64,000 bases of DNA from Enterobacteria phage Kha5h. Below, in pieces: positions 48,789-59,390 of this stretch. Both the position numbers and the translations under genes were made by a program. The first letter of the stretch is position 1. Each line of letters begins with the position of its first letter. Below the pieces are notes generated by a model. It was not told the DNA's origin and did not search any database. It saw nothing but the letters and a program-made list of their open reading frames with translations. The stretch lies in sequence record NC_054905.1; one strand, given 5' to 3'.

Positions 48789-48985
48789 GCCATGTGAGTT
48801 GCAACTTCATCACACATATTATAACGTTTCTTAAGAAATTCTACAAGTTCTTCACTAGTAACTTCATCCATGTCGACGAAAAAATCACCATTAATGATGA
48901 CGTAGATATTTCCTTCTTGATTGAGTGCTTCAATTTTCATGATGTTCTCCTCTTTATCCGATAGTTGTATAGTATCACAGCTCAA
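48752..48985 (-). CDS. hypothetical small protein
   Basis: Track ORF 77 aa; early promoter 48969-48998. Confidence 0.4.
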   Translation of the reverse strand: MSCDTIQLSDKEENIMKIEALNQEGNIYVIINGDFFVDMDEVTSEELVEFLKKRYNMCDEVATHMACAIFSLSYVVE

Positions 48986-48998
48986 ACGGAAAGTAAAC
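48969..48998 (-). promoter_or_regulatory. early promoter with partial conserved element
   Basis: GTTTAC-N18-TACTAT; follows hairpin 49014-49031. Confidence 0.55.
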
Positions 48999-49013
48999 CG
49001 GTAAAATGAAAAA

Positions 49014-49031
49014 AGTCTCCCGAAGGAGACT
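49014..49031 (-). terminator. tetraloop hairpin after rI.-1
   Basis: AGTCTCC-CGAA-GGAGACT. Confidence 0.6.
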
Positions 49032-49035
49032 AATG

Positions 49036-49422
49036 TTATTCGAGGGAAAGAAGATACTTACTCTGGTAAAACATTCCAGTAATATCATCTATCGTGCTTT
49101 GAATGGCTGGAGGCATTTCTTTATAAATGCTGTTAGATTGGTCTAGTATGCGATCAATCATTTTAATTGTGTCGGTAGGAAGTTTACTGGCATCTGGAAT
49201 TGAAGGCGTGTATTTTCTACCAGAATACCCCAAATATTGCTCACCAAATTTATCAATCAAATCTGGCAACTCGGAGAAAATAAAATCGTATGCTTTGTGT
49301 CTAGCATAACTTTTAGTTTCAAAATGTGCAGAATGAAAATAAGCTTGTGCAGCCATTAATAAACCTAAGTATTCATCTGCCTTTGAAGGTTTTCCACTTT
49401 GTGAAAAGTCGCTGAATTTCAT
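49036..49422 (-). CDS. hypothetical protein (rI.-1 position)
   Basis: Track ORF 128 aa. Confidence 0.5.
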   Translation of the reverse strand: MKFSDFSQSGKPSKADEYLGLLMAAQAYFHSAHFETKSYARHKAYDFIFSELPDLIDKFGEQYLGYSGRKYTPSIPDASKLPTDTIKMIDRILDQSNSIYKEMPPAIQSTIDDITGMFYQSKYLLSLE

Positions 49423-49712
49423 TCAGTCTCCAATTTAATGTTCATAATTCTAGCGTATGATTGTGCCATCTCCGCGCCTCGTTCTATACATTCAAAATCA
49501 GAAGAGCACGGGTCATTTTTATAGGTCGTTCTCATAAAACTATAGAATTGTTCAGACGATTCTACGCTTTTATTTTCAAAAAGTGTATAAACGTGCCTAA
49601 TACCAGATTCCATAAATTTATCAAAATGAGGATCGACATTCGCTTCAATCGATGGAGATAAAACAAATGACAATCCTAGCATGGCAAAAAGTGCCGTTGC
49701 TTTTAAGGCCAT
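49419..49712 (-). CDS. rI: lysis inhibition regulator RI
   Basis: 97 aa; signal-anchor MALKATALFAMLGLSFVLSPSIEA; recognised as T4 RI. Confidence 0.85.
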   Translation of the reverse strand: MALKATALFAMLGLSFVLSPSIEANVDPHFDKFMESGIRHVYTLFENKSVESSEQFYSFMRTTYKNDPCSSDFECIERGAEMAQSYARIMNIKLETE

Positions 49713-49724
49713 AAAGGCCTCCTA

Positions 49725-49937
49725 TCATTTTTGTCCTGTATTTACTTTATGCCGATGCACGGCCTTAACTTTATCAAGGTATTTTTCAAAATTTCGCAAT
49801 CTAGTATAGTCTGCCGGAGATTGGTTGAGTGATACTTCTCGACGCAAAGCTGAAATGATATTTCCAACTTCCCTACGAATTTCATCTAATTGAAGCACAG
49901 TAAGATTGCGAAGTTGCTTTTCAGTTAATTGTAGCAT
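49725..49937 (-). CDS. hypothetical small protein
   Basis: Track ORF 70 aa. Confidence 0.45.
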
Positions 49938-49979
49938 ATATACCCCTTTAGTTAGATAAACCTATTTATAACTTTTGCA

Positions 49980-50561
49980 CTAACCAAGCTTTTTAGTTAA
50001 TTCATTCCAATGTTTTCTGCACAAAGAAACATAAATTTCATCACCAATACAGATTTGATTACCTTCTTTAACTGGTGTTCCATCTTCCATTAATCGAGCT
50101 GTCATAATCGCTTTTTTGCCGCAATGACAAACTGCCTTTAGTTCAATAAGTTTATCTGCAATCGCTAAAAGTTCTTTAGAACCTTCAAACAATTTTCCAG
50201 CGAAATCAGTCCTTAATCCATAAGCCATAACAGGAACATTATATGTATCAACAATTCGGCTTAATTGGTGCACCTGTTCAGTTTTTAAAAACTGAGCTTC
50301 ATCTACAAATACGCAATGAATATCTTTTTGTGCTTCAGCCCATTTATAGAACTCGAAAATATCCATATCATCTGTAATAATATTCGCTTCCTGTTTAATT
50401 CCAATGCGAGAAACAACTTCACAGACAGAATCGCGAGTATCAATAGCAGGCTTAAGAACTAATACACTCATTCCACGTTCTTTATAATTATGTGCAGCAG
50501 TCAAAAGAGAAGCAGATTTTCCAGCATTCATTGCTGCATAAGTAAAAATTAAACTCGCCAT
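49980..50561 (-). CDS. tk: thymidine kinase
   Basis: 193 aa; P-loop AAMNAGKS; C-terminal zinc-binding cysteines. Confidence 0.9.
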   Translation of the reverse strand: MASLIFTYAAMNAGKSASLLTAAHNYKERGMSVLVLKPAIDTRDSVCEVVSRIGIKQEANIITDDMDIFEFYKWAEAQKDIHCVFVDEAQFLKTEQVHQLSRIVDTYNVPVMAYGLRTDFAGKLFEGSKELLAIADKLIELKAVCHCGKKAIMTARLMEDGTPVKEGNQICIGDEIYVSLCRKHWNELTKKLG

Positions 50562-50570
50562 ATCACCTTC

Positions 50571-50756
50571 TTAAAGCGTATTCACATAAGCTATTAATTC
50601 ATTTTCTTTCTTATCAAACCGATCAGCAAATTCTTCCTGCTGTTCGGGAGATAGCGGGCCGTATTCATCATAAAAGGTGTTTGCTTCTGCATGCTCATCT
50701 AGAAGTTCATGGATAAGCTCAAACAATTTATCTTTTTGTTCTTTGCTTAGGCTCAC
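50571..50756 (-). CDS. hypothetical small acidic protein (GTG start)
   Basis: Track ORF 61 aa. Confidence 0.4.
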   Translation of the reverse strand: MSLSKEQKDKLFELIHELLDEHAEANTFYDEYGPLSPEQQEEFADRFDKKENELIAYVNTL

Positions 50757-50929
50757 AGTATGTCAATCCCCAAAAGTTTTAAAATGACTCGTTTCTGATT
50801 CATAACCGCTACGATTGAATGACCGTTGGGGTCTTTTTGACCCGATCCAATTATAAATCCTTTTTGTGCAGAAAGTTCAATCAAAACATCAAGTTCACGT
50901 AATAATTGATATTTTAAATCATCATTCAT
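50753..50929 (-). CDS. small ORF (58 aa) below track cutoff
   Basis: ATG overlaps upstream stop, TGA overlaps downstream GTG start; fills a 170-bp gap. Confidence 0.3.
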   Translation of the reverse strand: MNDDLKYQLLRELDVLIELSAQKGFIIGSGQKDPNGHSIVAVMNQKRVILKLLGIDIL

Positions 50930-51153
50930 TTTGGTTTACCTTCTTTAACGAAATCAGGATAAGGATAAAATCCCGAATAAAATCCTTCACCTTTATGATT
51001 GATGCATCCTTTATTAGAACAATAGCACCAATAATCGAAATCACAAGCCATTTCATCATTACATAAAGCAAAAACAACAGGCCACTTACACTTTTCACAG
51101 TGGGCATTTTTAAGAATACTAGTTTGGCTCATAACCATGTAACCTTTAAGCAA
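50926..51153 (-). CDS. cysteine-rich small protein
   Basis: 75 aa with 8 Cys (CEKC...C...CYC...C). Confidence 0.45.
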   Translation of the reverse strand: MLKGYMVMSQTSILKNAHCEKCKWPVVFALCNDEMACDFDYWCYCSNKGCINHKGEGFYSGFYPYPDFVKEGKPK

Positions 51154-51341
51154 TATTCTTCTACATGTTGTTTACGACCTTTCTTATCAATAAAGGTATA
51201 TTCAACGAATGTTCCAATGTAGTCTTTATCTACATCATGTGGACTATTAATTGGACATTTAGTACGGCAAATGCGTTCCCATTGACGAATAATTTCCACT
51301 TTGTTTTTAGGATCAAACGGATGTGGGTAATGTACTTTCAT
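51129..51341 (-). CDS. hypothetical small protein
   Basis: Track ORF 70 aa. Confidence 0.4.
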   Translation of the reverse strand: MKVHYPHPFDPKNKVEIIRQWERICRTKCPINSPHDVDKDYIGTFVEYTFIDKKGRKQHVEEYCLKVTWL

Positions 51342-51792
51342 AATCCACCACTATTAAATCAATATCAGGAGTAAACATGTCGATTAATTTAGAAACCTTA
51401 TCCCAATCGCCGCCAGCAATACCACAACCTATGCGTGGAATGTAAATTACTGGTTTAAACAAAAGGGTTTCTGCCTGTAGATTTAATTCTATCATGCAGT
51501 TTACTAAAGCACCATAATCAAGATTAGGACCTGGTTCGTATTGCGTATACAGGTTATAGCATATACCAAAACCATTAGGTTTATGTTTAAAAACAATAGA
51601 CATATCGCCTAATTTATCACGAGAACCGTACTCAGTAGTGGTTTTATCTATTTCTAAAATTTTGGGATAGGCTCTTGCTAATTGACCAGCTACACCACTG
51701 CCCATTGTATGAAAACAGTTACACCCATGCGCAATAATATTACCTTCAAGAAAGAGGGCGACAATATCGCCCTTGATATATTTTACAATCAT
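51313..51792 (-). CDS. macro-domain protein (ADP-ribose binding/processing)
   Basis: 159 aa; GSGVAGQLA and IGCGIAGG loops resemble the two Gly-rich macro-domain loops. Confidence 0.6.
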   Translation of the reverse strand: MIVKYIKGDIVALFLEGNIIAHGCNCFHTMGSGVAGQLARAYPKILEIDKTTTEYGSRDKLGDMSIVFKHKPNGFGICYNLYTQYEPGPNLDYGALVNCMIELNLQAETLLFKPVIYIPRIGCGIAGGDWDKVSKLIDMFTPDIDLIVVDYESTLPTSV

Positions 51793-52130
51793 CTAGTACT
51801 CAATCCTCGATTATAAGAATCTACCAAACGGTCAACCATTGAATGACAAGCGGCTTTATCTTTTTCCTCCGCAACTGAACATTCTAAGGTATTCCACTTT
51901 TTAGCATATCGTTTTAACAATGTATCGTTTTTGTATCTGCTTGATTTATCTCTTTCTCCGTCTTTATATGCATATATTAATTTCTGCGCAAATTCAGCTT
52001 GGCATGCTTTATTTTTCCCGCAATAATCCGCTGCAGTACGGTTTACATACTCTCTAATTTCAGTATATGATGTATCTGCTAACGCAGAAAATGAAATTAA
52101 TCCTATACATAAAACCAAAATTTTAGTCAT
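51789..52130 (-). CDS. secreted small protein
   Basis: 113 aa; signal peptide MTKILVLCIGLISFSALA; 4 Cys. Confidence 0.5.
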   Translation of the reverse strand: MTKILVLCIGLISFSALADTSYTEIREYVNRTAADYCGKNKACQAEFAQKLIYAYKDGERDKSSRYKNDTLLKRYAKKWNTLECSVAEEKDKAACHSMVDRLVDSYNRGLSTR

Positions 52131-52668
52131 TTACTATTTCCAAAAGTTTATTATTTTTAAGGTAATTAGCCTTTTCTAGGACTTCAGAAGCATATTTAGA
52201 ACCTGCTTTAACATTCCATCCCGAATTATAAGAGGATATTGCTTTTCTTATATCGCCCTTATGTATATTTAACCAATAAGAAAGTTCAATGTACGCCCAG
52301 GAAGCTGAATTGGACCGTTTATTCAACATTCTTTTTATTTCAGCATCGGTCATATTATAACCAAGTTCCTTAACTCTTGCTCGCATTGTCGGCAAATAAT
52401 TTTGGAACATTCCGTAGGCATGATGCTTTGGTTTAGATTTTAAATTAACTCCGGCAGAGCTTTCTTGCCATAAAATAGCAGCCATTATATGACCTAATCC
52501 GCTCTTGTGGATATTTTTGTGTGTTTTATATTTTCCATCCTTAGAAAATTGTTCCCCGAATTGATACGCGTAACGCATGTTATCGAGTTGGACATTACTG
52601 AAAGTATGCTCGGAGCTATGTGCCATCATTGAAATGGCCAATAGACCAGCGAGTAGTGCTTTTCTCAT
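52123..52668 (-). CDS. secreted lytic transglycosylase-like protein (SLT domain)
   Basis: 181 aa; signal peptide; LWQESS, GMFQ and YNSGW motifs. Confidence 0.6.
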   Translation of the reverse strand: MRKALLAGLLAISMMAHSSEHTFSNVQLDNMRYAYQFGEQFSKDGKYKTHKNIHKSGLGHIMAAILWQESSAGVNLKSKPKHHAYGMFQNYLPTMRARVKELGYNMTDAEIKRMLNKRSNSASWAYIELSYWLNIHKGDIRKAISSYNSGWNVKAGSKYASEVLEKANYLKNNKLLEIVND

Positions 52669-52675
52669 GTTTACC

Positions 52676-53137
52676 TCATTGAGTTTTAATTACTGCTTTA
52701 GAAGCCTTTCCTGGTAAACGACGACTGTTGATAATTGCCATCCTGCATTGAAGTGACGGGTTTTTGAACTTCTCATTAGGCTTACAAACTGTAAATCCAA
52801 GCCAAAGATTTCCATCTGTGATTTCTAAACGTCCAGGACGATATTCAATCCCATCAATAAAATCCTCGTCAATGTCAGGACGCGGAGGCATACTCAGGAA
52901 TTCATTAACTTCTAAAACATGGTCTTTTATTTTATGGAATAATTCAAAAACGTATGTCTCATCAATCTCCCGTTGAATTGCGCGATCAAGAAGATGCTGA
53001 GAATATTTTAGATGAAACGATGAGACTCCTGCTGCTTTTGATGCCTCACGAATCTCATTGTTAATTTGACGAAACTCCGACTCAAAGTGACGACGAAGCT
53101 TATTTCGACGGATAAAAACTTCTGTGTTGATAGTCAT
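52676..53137 (-). CDS. regB: endoribonuclease RegB
   Basis: 153 aa; recognised as T4 RegB; early promoter 53165-53194. Confidence 0.9.
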   Translation of the reverse strand: MTINTEVFIRRNKLRRHFESEFRQINNEIREASKAAGVSSFHLKYSQHLLDRAIQREIDETYVFELFHKIKDHVLEVNEFLSMPPRPDIDEDFIDGIEYRPGRLEITDGNLWLGFTVCKPNEKFKNPSLQCRMAIINSRRLPGKASKAVIKTQ

Positions 53138-53164
53138 GTTATTCTCCTCTTAACTGATAGAAAA

Positions 53165-53194
53165 ATTATACCACAGTCAAGAGGAAAAGTAAAC
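53165..53194 (-). promoter_or_regulatory. early promoter (GTTTAC-N18-TATAAT) for regB
   Basis: Consensus hexamers upstream of regB. Confidence 0.6.
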
Positions 53195-53196
53195 AA

Positions 53197-53517
53197 TTAT
53201 TCTTTAAATCTAATCAATTTATTCATAGACTTTGAAACTTCTGCACGAACCTCATGTAGGTTTTTAAGCTGTTCAAGACGCTGCTCATAGTAAGCAATTT
53301 CATCTTCTTCGAGACAGTCCTGCGAATCTTCTTTAAGATAACGTGCATAGTCCTGGAAAGCTTTACGGACTACTTCCTGGAAGTCATCAAGACTTTGAAT
53401 TTTCTTAGGAGCAACAGATACACGACGAGGGGCAGTATAATACTCATAACCAAACCCTGCGCTTAATTGAGCCATTAATATTTTTCCTCTGGTTGGAACA
53501 CAGCACGACAAGCCCAC
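53197..53517 (-). CDS. hypothetical protein
   Basis: Track ORF 106 aa. Confidence 0.45.
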   Translation of the reverse strand: MGLSCCVPTRGKILMAQLSAGFGYEYYTAPRRVSVAPKKIQSLDDFQEVVRKAFQDYARYLKEDSQDCLEEDEIAYYEQRLEQLKNLHEVRAEVSKSMNKLIRFKE

Positions 53518-53777
53518 ATACTGGCTTCTTTGAGTTTCGTTTTAGCAATAGTTAACTGATCGAGGCTTTCAGCATAATTCTTCGCGAATTCACAGTCTTC
53601 ACAATTATCTAGTGCTTCCCAGAATTCATCATATAAAGCGTCAAAGATAAGTCCTAAACGAACTTCAGCGTCTTTGATAGCATTCACTTTACCGATTTTC
53701 TCTTCAGTATGTGGCTTATAACCCTTAATATCTTCAATCATATTTGACTTCCTCACCAGTACATAAATCATATTCAA
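53475..53777 (-). CDS. hypothetical protein
   Basis: Track ORF 100 aa. Confidence 0.45.
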   Translation of the reverse strand: MNMIYVLVRKSNMIEDIKGYKPHTEEKIGKVNAIKDAEVRLGLIFDALYDEFWEALDNCEDCEFAKNYAESLDQLTIAKTKLKEASMWACRAVFQPEEKY

Positions 53778-53955
53778 CTAAACGAATAGGTTCATGAATG
53801 CCATATCCTTGAACAGAAATTTCTGTCGTAGGATAAATTCCATCAATATCACCCATATTCCATGCTTCATTAAATTGTTGTTCGCCTGAATTACTAAACC
53901 ATTCGGCGAAAGCATTTAGCACATCTTTAGAACCTTCAATAATTATCTTTGCCAT
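53734..53955 (-). CDS. hypothetical small protein
   Basis: Track ORF 73 aa. Confidence 0.4.
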   Translation of the reverse strand: MAKIIIEGSKDVLNAFAEWFSNSGEQQFNEAWNMGDIDGIYPTTEISVQGYGIHEPIRLVEYDLCTGEEVKYD

Positions 53956-54317
53956 TACAAACTCTCAGTAAAGGTACGAGCGATAACGTCGCGCTGCTGT
54001 TCCGGAGTCAGAGAGTTAAAGCGAACTGCATAACCGGATACACGGATGGTCAGCTGCGGATATTTTTCCGGATGCTTAACTGCATCTTCCAGAGTTTCGC
54101 GACGCAGAACGTTAACGTTCAGGTGTTGACCACCTTCAATTTTAACTGTAGGCTGTGGTTCAATTTCAATTTCACGGGCATGCAAACCGTAGAAAATTTC
54201 TGGGTCTACAAAAGAGTCCTCTTTAAAGGTTTTAGAGACAATAATTCGTGCTTGAATACCATCTTCAAAATAAATAGTACCTTTATGTGTGCCTTCAAGA
54301 ATTTGATATGCTTTCAT
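53955..54317 (-). CDS. autonomous glycyl radical cofactor (GrcA/YfiD-like)
   Basis: 120 aa; C-terminal ~60 aa including [25 protein letters not shown] near-identical to E. coli GrcA as I recall it. Confidence 0.75.
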   Translation of the reverse strand: MKAYQILEGTHKGTIYFEDGIQARIIVSKTFKEDSFVDPEIFYGLHAREIEIEPQPTVKIEGGQHLNVNVLRRETLEDAVKHPEKYPQLTIRVSGYAVRFNSLTPEQQRDVIARTFTESL

Positions 54318-54323
54318 ATAACC

Positions 54324-54704
54324 TCAATTAGAAAATAAATTTATCCAAGATTGTTCTTTAATTAAAAATGGCTCAGAATCATATGCCATTAAACTTTGGG
54401 TAATTAGTCCTTTAAAAGGCCCATCAATAAATTCCATGGTAAAATATGGAATTTTATTCATTAATCTTGCATTAGGAGCAGTACACAAAACTCTGCATCC
54501 TTTGAATACGCCTTTTTGTAATTTGTATTGCTTAGGATAAAATTCGCTCAAGACGTTGTTATTTGCCAAAATTTCAAAATGATTCACCAATTTATTTTTA
54601 ATAGTTTTTGGCGAAAAATAAAGATATTCGAAAAGTTGCGTGTCTGTCATCATTGCATTCCGATTATGAAAAACTGTGGACGAGTAATACCACCAATGCA
54701 ACAC
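54324..54704 (-). CDS. hypothetical protein (start probably internal)
   Basis: Track ORF 126 aa. Confidence 0.45.
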   Translation of the reverse strand: MLHWWYYSSTVFHNRNAMMTDTQLFEYLYFSPKTIKNKLVNHFEILANNNVLSEFYPKQYKLQKGVFKGCRVLCTAPNARLMNKIPYFTMEFIDGPFKGLITQSLMAYDSEPFLIKEQSWINLFSN

Positions 54705-55237
54705 TTGCTATTACAACAGTAATGTACAGTTTCAATATGAATATTGTAAATTTTATCCATATCAGGAGATTTAACAGGCTCATCAATTATATACAAAATC
54801 CGCGAAAGCGATAAACCTCTGAACTTGCTTCCTTTATTACCGATAAAACTACGGACAGAATCGGTAAATAAGCGGAATCGAATATCATCGCTAGAATAAC
54901 GAGAAAATTCTTTTTTAATGTGGCCCGCAGAAATTTTAGCGTAAGCTGAAGTATTAGAAAGAACAATAACTGTTCCACCATCATACAGCCAATTAGCAGC
55001 AAAGTTAGTCACAGCAGTTGATTTACCGGATTGTCTGCCACCATCTAATCGAAGTGTGCAATACTGCTTGAGTAAGTCTTCAAATGGTGGGATATAATCG
55101 TTTTTACAAATTTCTTCTACTCTAGCATCAGAATGGTGTGTAAAAGCATTCATCAGGGATAGATAAGGACCAGTTAAAAATGTTCTCATTTTATTCTCTC
55201 TAAATTTGGGCCATTCCATGGCGCATGAATTGTCCAT
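54650..55237 (-). CDS. small P-loop NTPase
   Basis: Walker A GGRQSGKST, Walker B-like ILYIIDEP; C-terminal CCNSKCC. Confidence 0.5.
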   Translation of the reverse strand: MDNSCAMEWPKFRENKMRTFLTGPYLSLMNAFTHHSDARVEEICKNDYIPPFEDLLKQYCTLRLDGGRQSGKSTAVTNFAANWLYDGGTVIVLSNTSAYAKISAGHIKKEFSRYSSDDIRFRLFTDSVRSFIGNKGSKFRGLSLSRILYIIDEPVKSPDMDKIYNIHIETVHYCCNSKCCIGGITRPQFFIIGMQ

Positions 55238-55342
55238 TTCTGTATTTACCCATTACCGCACTTGGGCTCGACCTTATTACAGGTTGGCGGGAATCCCTCA
55301 TAGAATCATGAGGTCCAGCTTGTTCCCATATTTCTTATTTGC

Positions 55343-55816
55343 TTATTTGAATGATTTGACGTACTGAATAGAACCTTTACTATTCACGAAAGCGATTTTA
55401 CCATTTTTATTATACATGGTAGCAGTACGCTGATAGCCATAAGTTTGTTTACCAGATTGATAACCAACTAATGCGAAATTATCTTCACCCATTTTATTCT
55501 GTTTAGCGCGAATACGTTCATGACCGTGTGCCATAAGAACCTTAGCATCACCAGTTGAAATTGATCTACGAGTTTTTTCATCTTCAACTGTATTAACAAA
55601 GTCGTCAAATGAATCAAATTTAGCATGGGATTTATTATACAGTTTTCCATCTACTGCATAATTATATCCCTGTACATCCATCTCAACTTCTGTACCATCA
55701 TCCAATACAGCAGTGATTTTTTGACCTTTTTTAAATTTCAAAAGATCAGTAAAAGATTCAGCAATAATTTGAGAATTAATAGCTGCTTCAGTGATAAATT
55801 CTTGATATGTTTTCAT
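55343..55816 (-). CDS. internal-protein-like packaged protein
   Basis: 157 aa; N-terminus MKTYQEFITEA matches capsid targeting sequence of T4 internal proteins. Confidence 0.55.
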   Translation of the reverse strand: MKTYQEFITEAAINSQIIAESFTDLLKFKKGQKITAVLDDGTEVEMDVQGYNYAVDGKLYNKSHAKFDSFDDFVNTVEDEKTRRSISTGDAKVLMAHGHERIRAKQNKMGEDNFALVGYQSGKQTYGYQRTATMYNKNGKIAFVNSKGSIQYVKSFK

Positions 55817-55825
55817 ATGTTTCCT

Positions 55826-56242
55826 TTAAATGTAAATATTTTTGCCGTAATACTTGTACCAGTGTGGCTTCATTAAAATTTTTTCATCGAGTCGTTGTTG
55901 ACTCAATTTAATAGCTGATTTGCATGGATTATAATCATTTTTCCATTCTGCTGGAATATCGCTGATGTCAGGAACTTCAGTATCTTTTATACTAAACCCA
56001 CGTTTTAAGCATTCCGTTATAATGTCTGATTGACGCTTTCGCAAAAATTCTAACTTATCGTAAAAGAACGTAACATGACCAGAGCCTAAAATAAACTCGG
56101 AAGATATTTTAAAATCTTTAACCCGCTTACCATTTGCCACATGTTTACGAACTATACCAAAAACACGCGGCAATTCACGATACTCAGCCATAAGATGTTG
56201 GTCGGTCAGTTCAGAAACAAGTGTTAAATTGATACGAGTCAT
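55826..56242 (-). CDS. denV: endonuclease V (pyrimidine-dimer glycosylase) DenV
   Basis: 138 aa from [12 protein letters not shown]; SD GGAGG 5 nt upstream. Confidence 0.9.
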   Translation of the reverse strand: MTRINLTLVSELTDQHLMAEYRELPRVFGIVRKHVANGKRVKDFKISSEFILGSGHVTFFYDKLEFLRKRQSDIITECLKRGFSIKDTEVPDISDIPAEWKNDYNPCKSAIKLSQQRLDEKILMKPHWYKYYGKNIYI

Positions 56243-56269
56243 AATTTCCTCCAAGTAGTTGATGAATGT

Positions 56270-56299
56270 ATAGTATCAAAGTCCTTGGAGGAAGTAAAC
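56270..56299 (-). promoter_or_regulatory. early promoter with variant conserved element, for denV
   Basis: GTTTAC-N18-TACTAT; element variant at 56257-56278. Confidence 0.55.
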
Positions 56300-56300
56300 A

Positions 56301-57541
<1,241 letters not shown>

Positions 57542-57560
<19 letters not shown>

Positions 57561-58030
57561 TCGGTGATAAAATTATTTAAATTTTGAGTATATTTCTTTT
57601 CATCAAAAATCTTTTGCTGCCTACGTAAACGCCATGGCATTTCAATGAACGTGTACCATATCCCAGATAATATTGCTGCTGTAAAAATATTAACAAGTAT
57701 GGTTAAAATAATCCAATCTCCCGTTCTGTCTACTGGACTTTCTCCAAAGAAGCAAAATACAAATGATGTCACAGGAAAACTAATAATATACCACAGAATC
57801 ATAATCTTATCTGTGAACCAATCAGTGTTCGTTAATTTAGCGCGACCATTATGAATACACACGAATTTATCATCTGTTGCAGTAGATGGCTTAACTGGTT
57901 GATATCCCATTCTAAACTCCCTAATCAGCAAATTTTTCATATCTTCGGAACAGCCATTCCAGTCAACTCTATCAACTGAAATGCCATCATCCCCATCATC
58001 TAAATCATACCAGCGAGTTTTTAAAATCAT
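57542..58030 (-). CDS. membrane protein (e.2 position)
   Basis: 162 aa; TM helices; C-terminus FITECRKLK. Confidence 0.5.
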
Positions 58031-58401
58031 TTGATTTTCCTACAATCATTCACGAATTCTTTCATTGATTCATTTTCAATATAAGACATGTAGTTATTAT
58101 ATTCTTTTAATTGTATTTTGTAATCCTTTTTTCTTTGCCAATTTATTTTAAAATTATCATAATGAAAATATAAAATAATACCAAAGAATGAAAATAATGA
58201 AATCGCTATAGTATAATGAAGTTCACTCCAAACTTCTATTATATCTACTATACCGCTGACATTACTGCGGATGTTTAAAATAATACAGTCAATCATTAAT
58301 CCAATAAGACTACCAGCAAGAGCTGCAGCCAACGCCACAGCAAAAATTAAAAATGACTCAGAAAAAGAATATTTGACTTTATTTAGTTTTGGCTTTTGCA
58401 T
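58027..58401 (-). CDS. membrane protein (e.3 position)
   Basis: 124 aa; TM helices; C-terminus FVNDCRKIK. Confidence 0.5.
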   Translation of the reverse strand: MQKPKLNKVKYSFSESFLIFAVALAAALAGSLIGLMIDCIILNIRSNVSGIVDIIEVWSELHYTIAISLFSFFGIILYFHYDNFKINWQRKKDYKIQLKEYNNYMSYIENESMKEFVNDCRKIK

Positions 58402-58796
58402 CGTGATTCCTTAACAAATTTCATAATTTCGTTAAATTCATGCATATCTAATTTAAGCTGGTGTTCCTTTTTAATCTTTTTACACTGAGCTTTCCATTCA
58501 CGTACACGTTTACGATAATGCCTTCCTTGATACCAATATCCTACCCAATTTACAGGTACCAATAAAAATGGAACTACTAATGGAAGAATTAATACTAACA
58601 AAAATATTACGCCAGATTCAATATCAGTCATAAAGTCTATAACCATTCCAACAACCAATAGAATTACAAATGATATAGCTGTCACAGGACCTATTAATAC
58701 ATCAGTAGGAATTAGCTGACGCTTTAGTTCATACTTCACAGGTTTACTTGGAAGGTATAGTGATGGCTTTGACATATTCTCTACATTCCTTAACAA
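58383..58796 (-). CDS. membrane protein (e.4 position)
   Basis: 137 aa; TM helices; C-terminus FVKESRCKSQN. Confidence 0.5.
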   Translation of the reverse strand: MLRNVENMSKPSLYLPSKPVKYELKRQLIPTDVLIGPVTAISFVILLVVGMVIDFMTDIESGVIFLLVLILPLVVPFLLVPVNWVGYWYQGRHYRKRVREWKAQCKKIKKEHQLKLDMHEFNEIMKFVKESRCKSQN

Positions 58797-59349
58797 ATTT
58801 TTCTAATAATAAATCGCTTTCAAAATTAGGATTTTCCACGAATTTATCAAAAAGATCATCAACGATAGTTAAGATATTCTTTTTATTAAGAATACGCTTA
58901 TTTTCATATTTTGTTTCAGAGTCAACTATAAGAGTAAAGAAATATTTCTTTCCCTGAAATTTTACCGTAGTATCAATATAGAACAAATTTGACTTTTGTA
59001 AATTACGTTTAAACCATGCGTCACTTAAACTGTAAACGCCAAGATAATCATAATCGTCATTTAAATAACAAACTGTCCATTCAGGAGAAATGAAATCAGT
59101 AAATTCAACATCAAAATCACACGTCAATGAATGAATTGATTCAATACTTTTAATGAGTATTCCAGGACGTATTAAAGACTTTTTACCTTTATAAAATCCA
59201 GAAAGACTTTCATCAGTTTCGTATGAAGACCCCCAATAGTAATTACGTCCTTCTGCCATACGTTTAAGAGCATTTAGTAATTGATCTGGAACATCAACCT
59301 GTCTTTGGAACTCTTCAAACATTGAATTGAAATCACTTTGCATTTTCAT
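58744..59349 (-). CDS. hypothetical protein (e.5 position)
   Basis: 201 aa; contains FVKECRE near C-terminus. Confidence 0.5.
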   Translation of the reverse strand: MKMQSDFNSMFEEFQRQVDVPDQLLNALKRMAEGRNYYWGSSYETDESLSGFYKGKKSLIRPGILIKSIESIHSLTCDFDVEFTDFISPEWTVCYLNDDYDYLGVYSLSDAWFKRNLQKSNLFYIDTTVKFQGKKYFFTLIVDSETKYENKRILNKKNILTIVDDLFDKFVENPNFESDLLLEKFVKECREYVKAITIPSK

Positions 59350-59369
59350 TCCTATTTACTCCAAGTAAT

Positions 59370-59385
59370 AGGGGCCGAAGCCCCT
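59370..59385 (-). terminator. tetraloop hairpin between e.6 and e.5
   Basis: AGGGGC-CGAA-GCCCCT. Confidence 0.55.
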
Positions 59386-59390
59386 TATCA

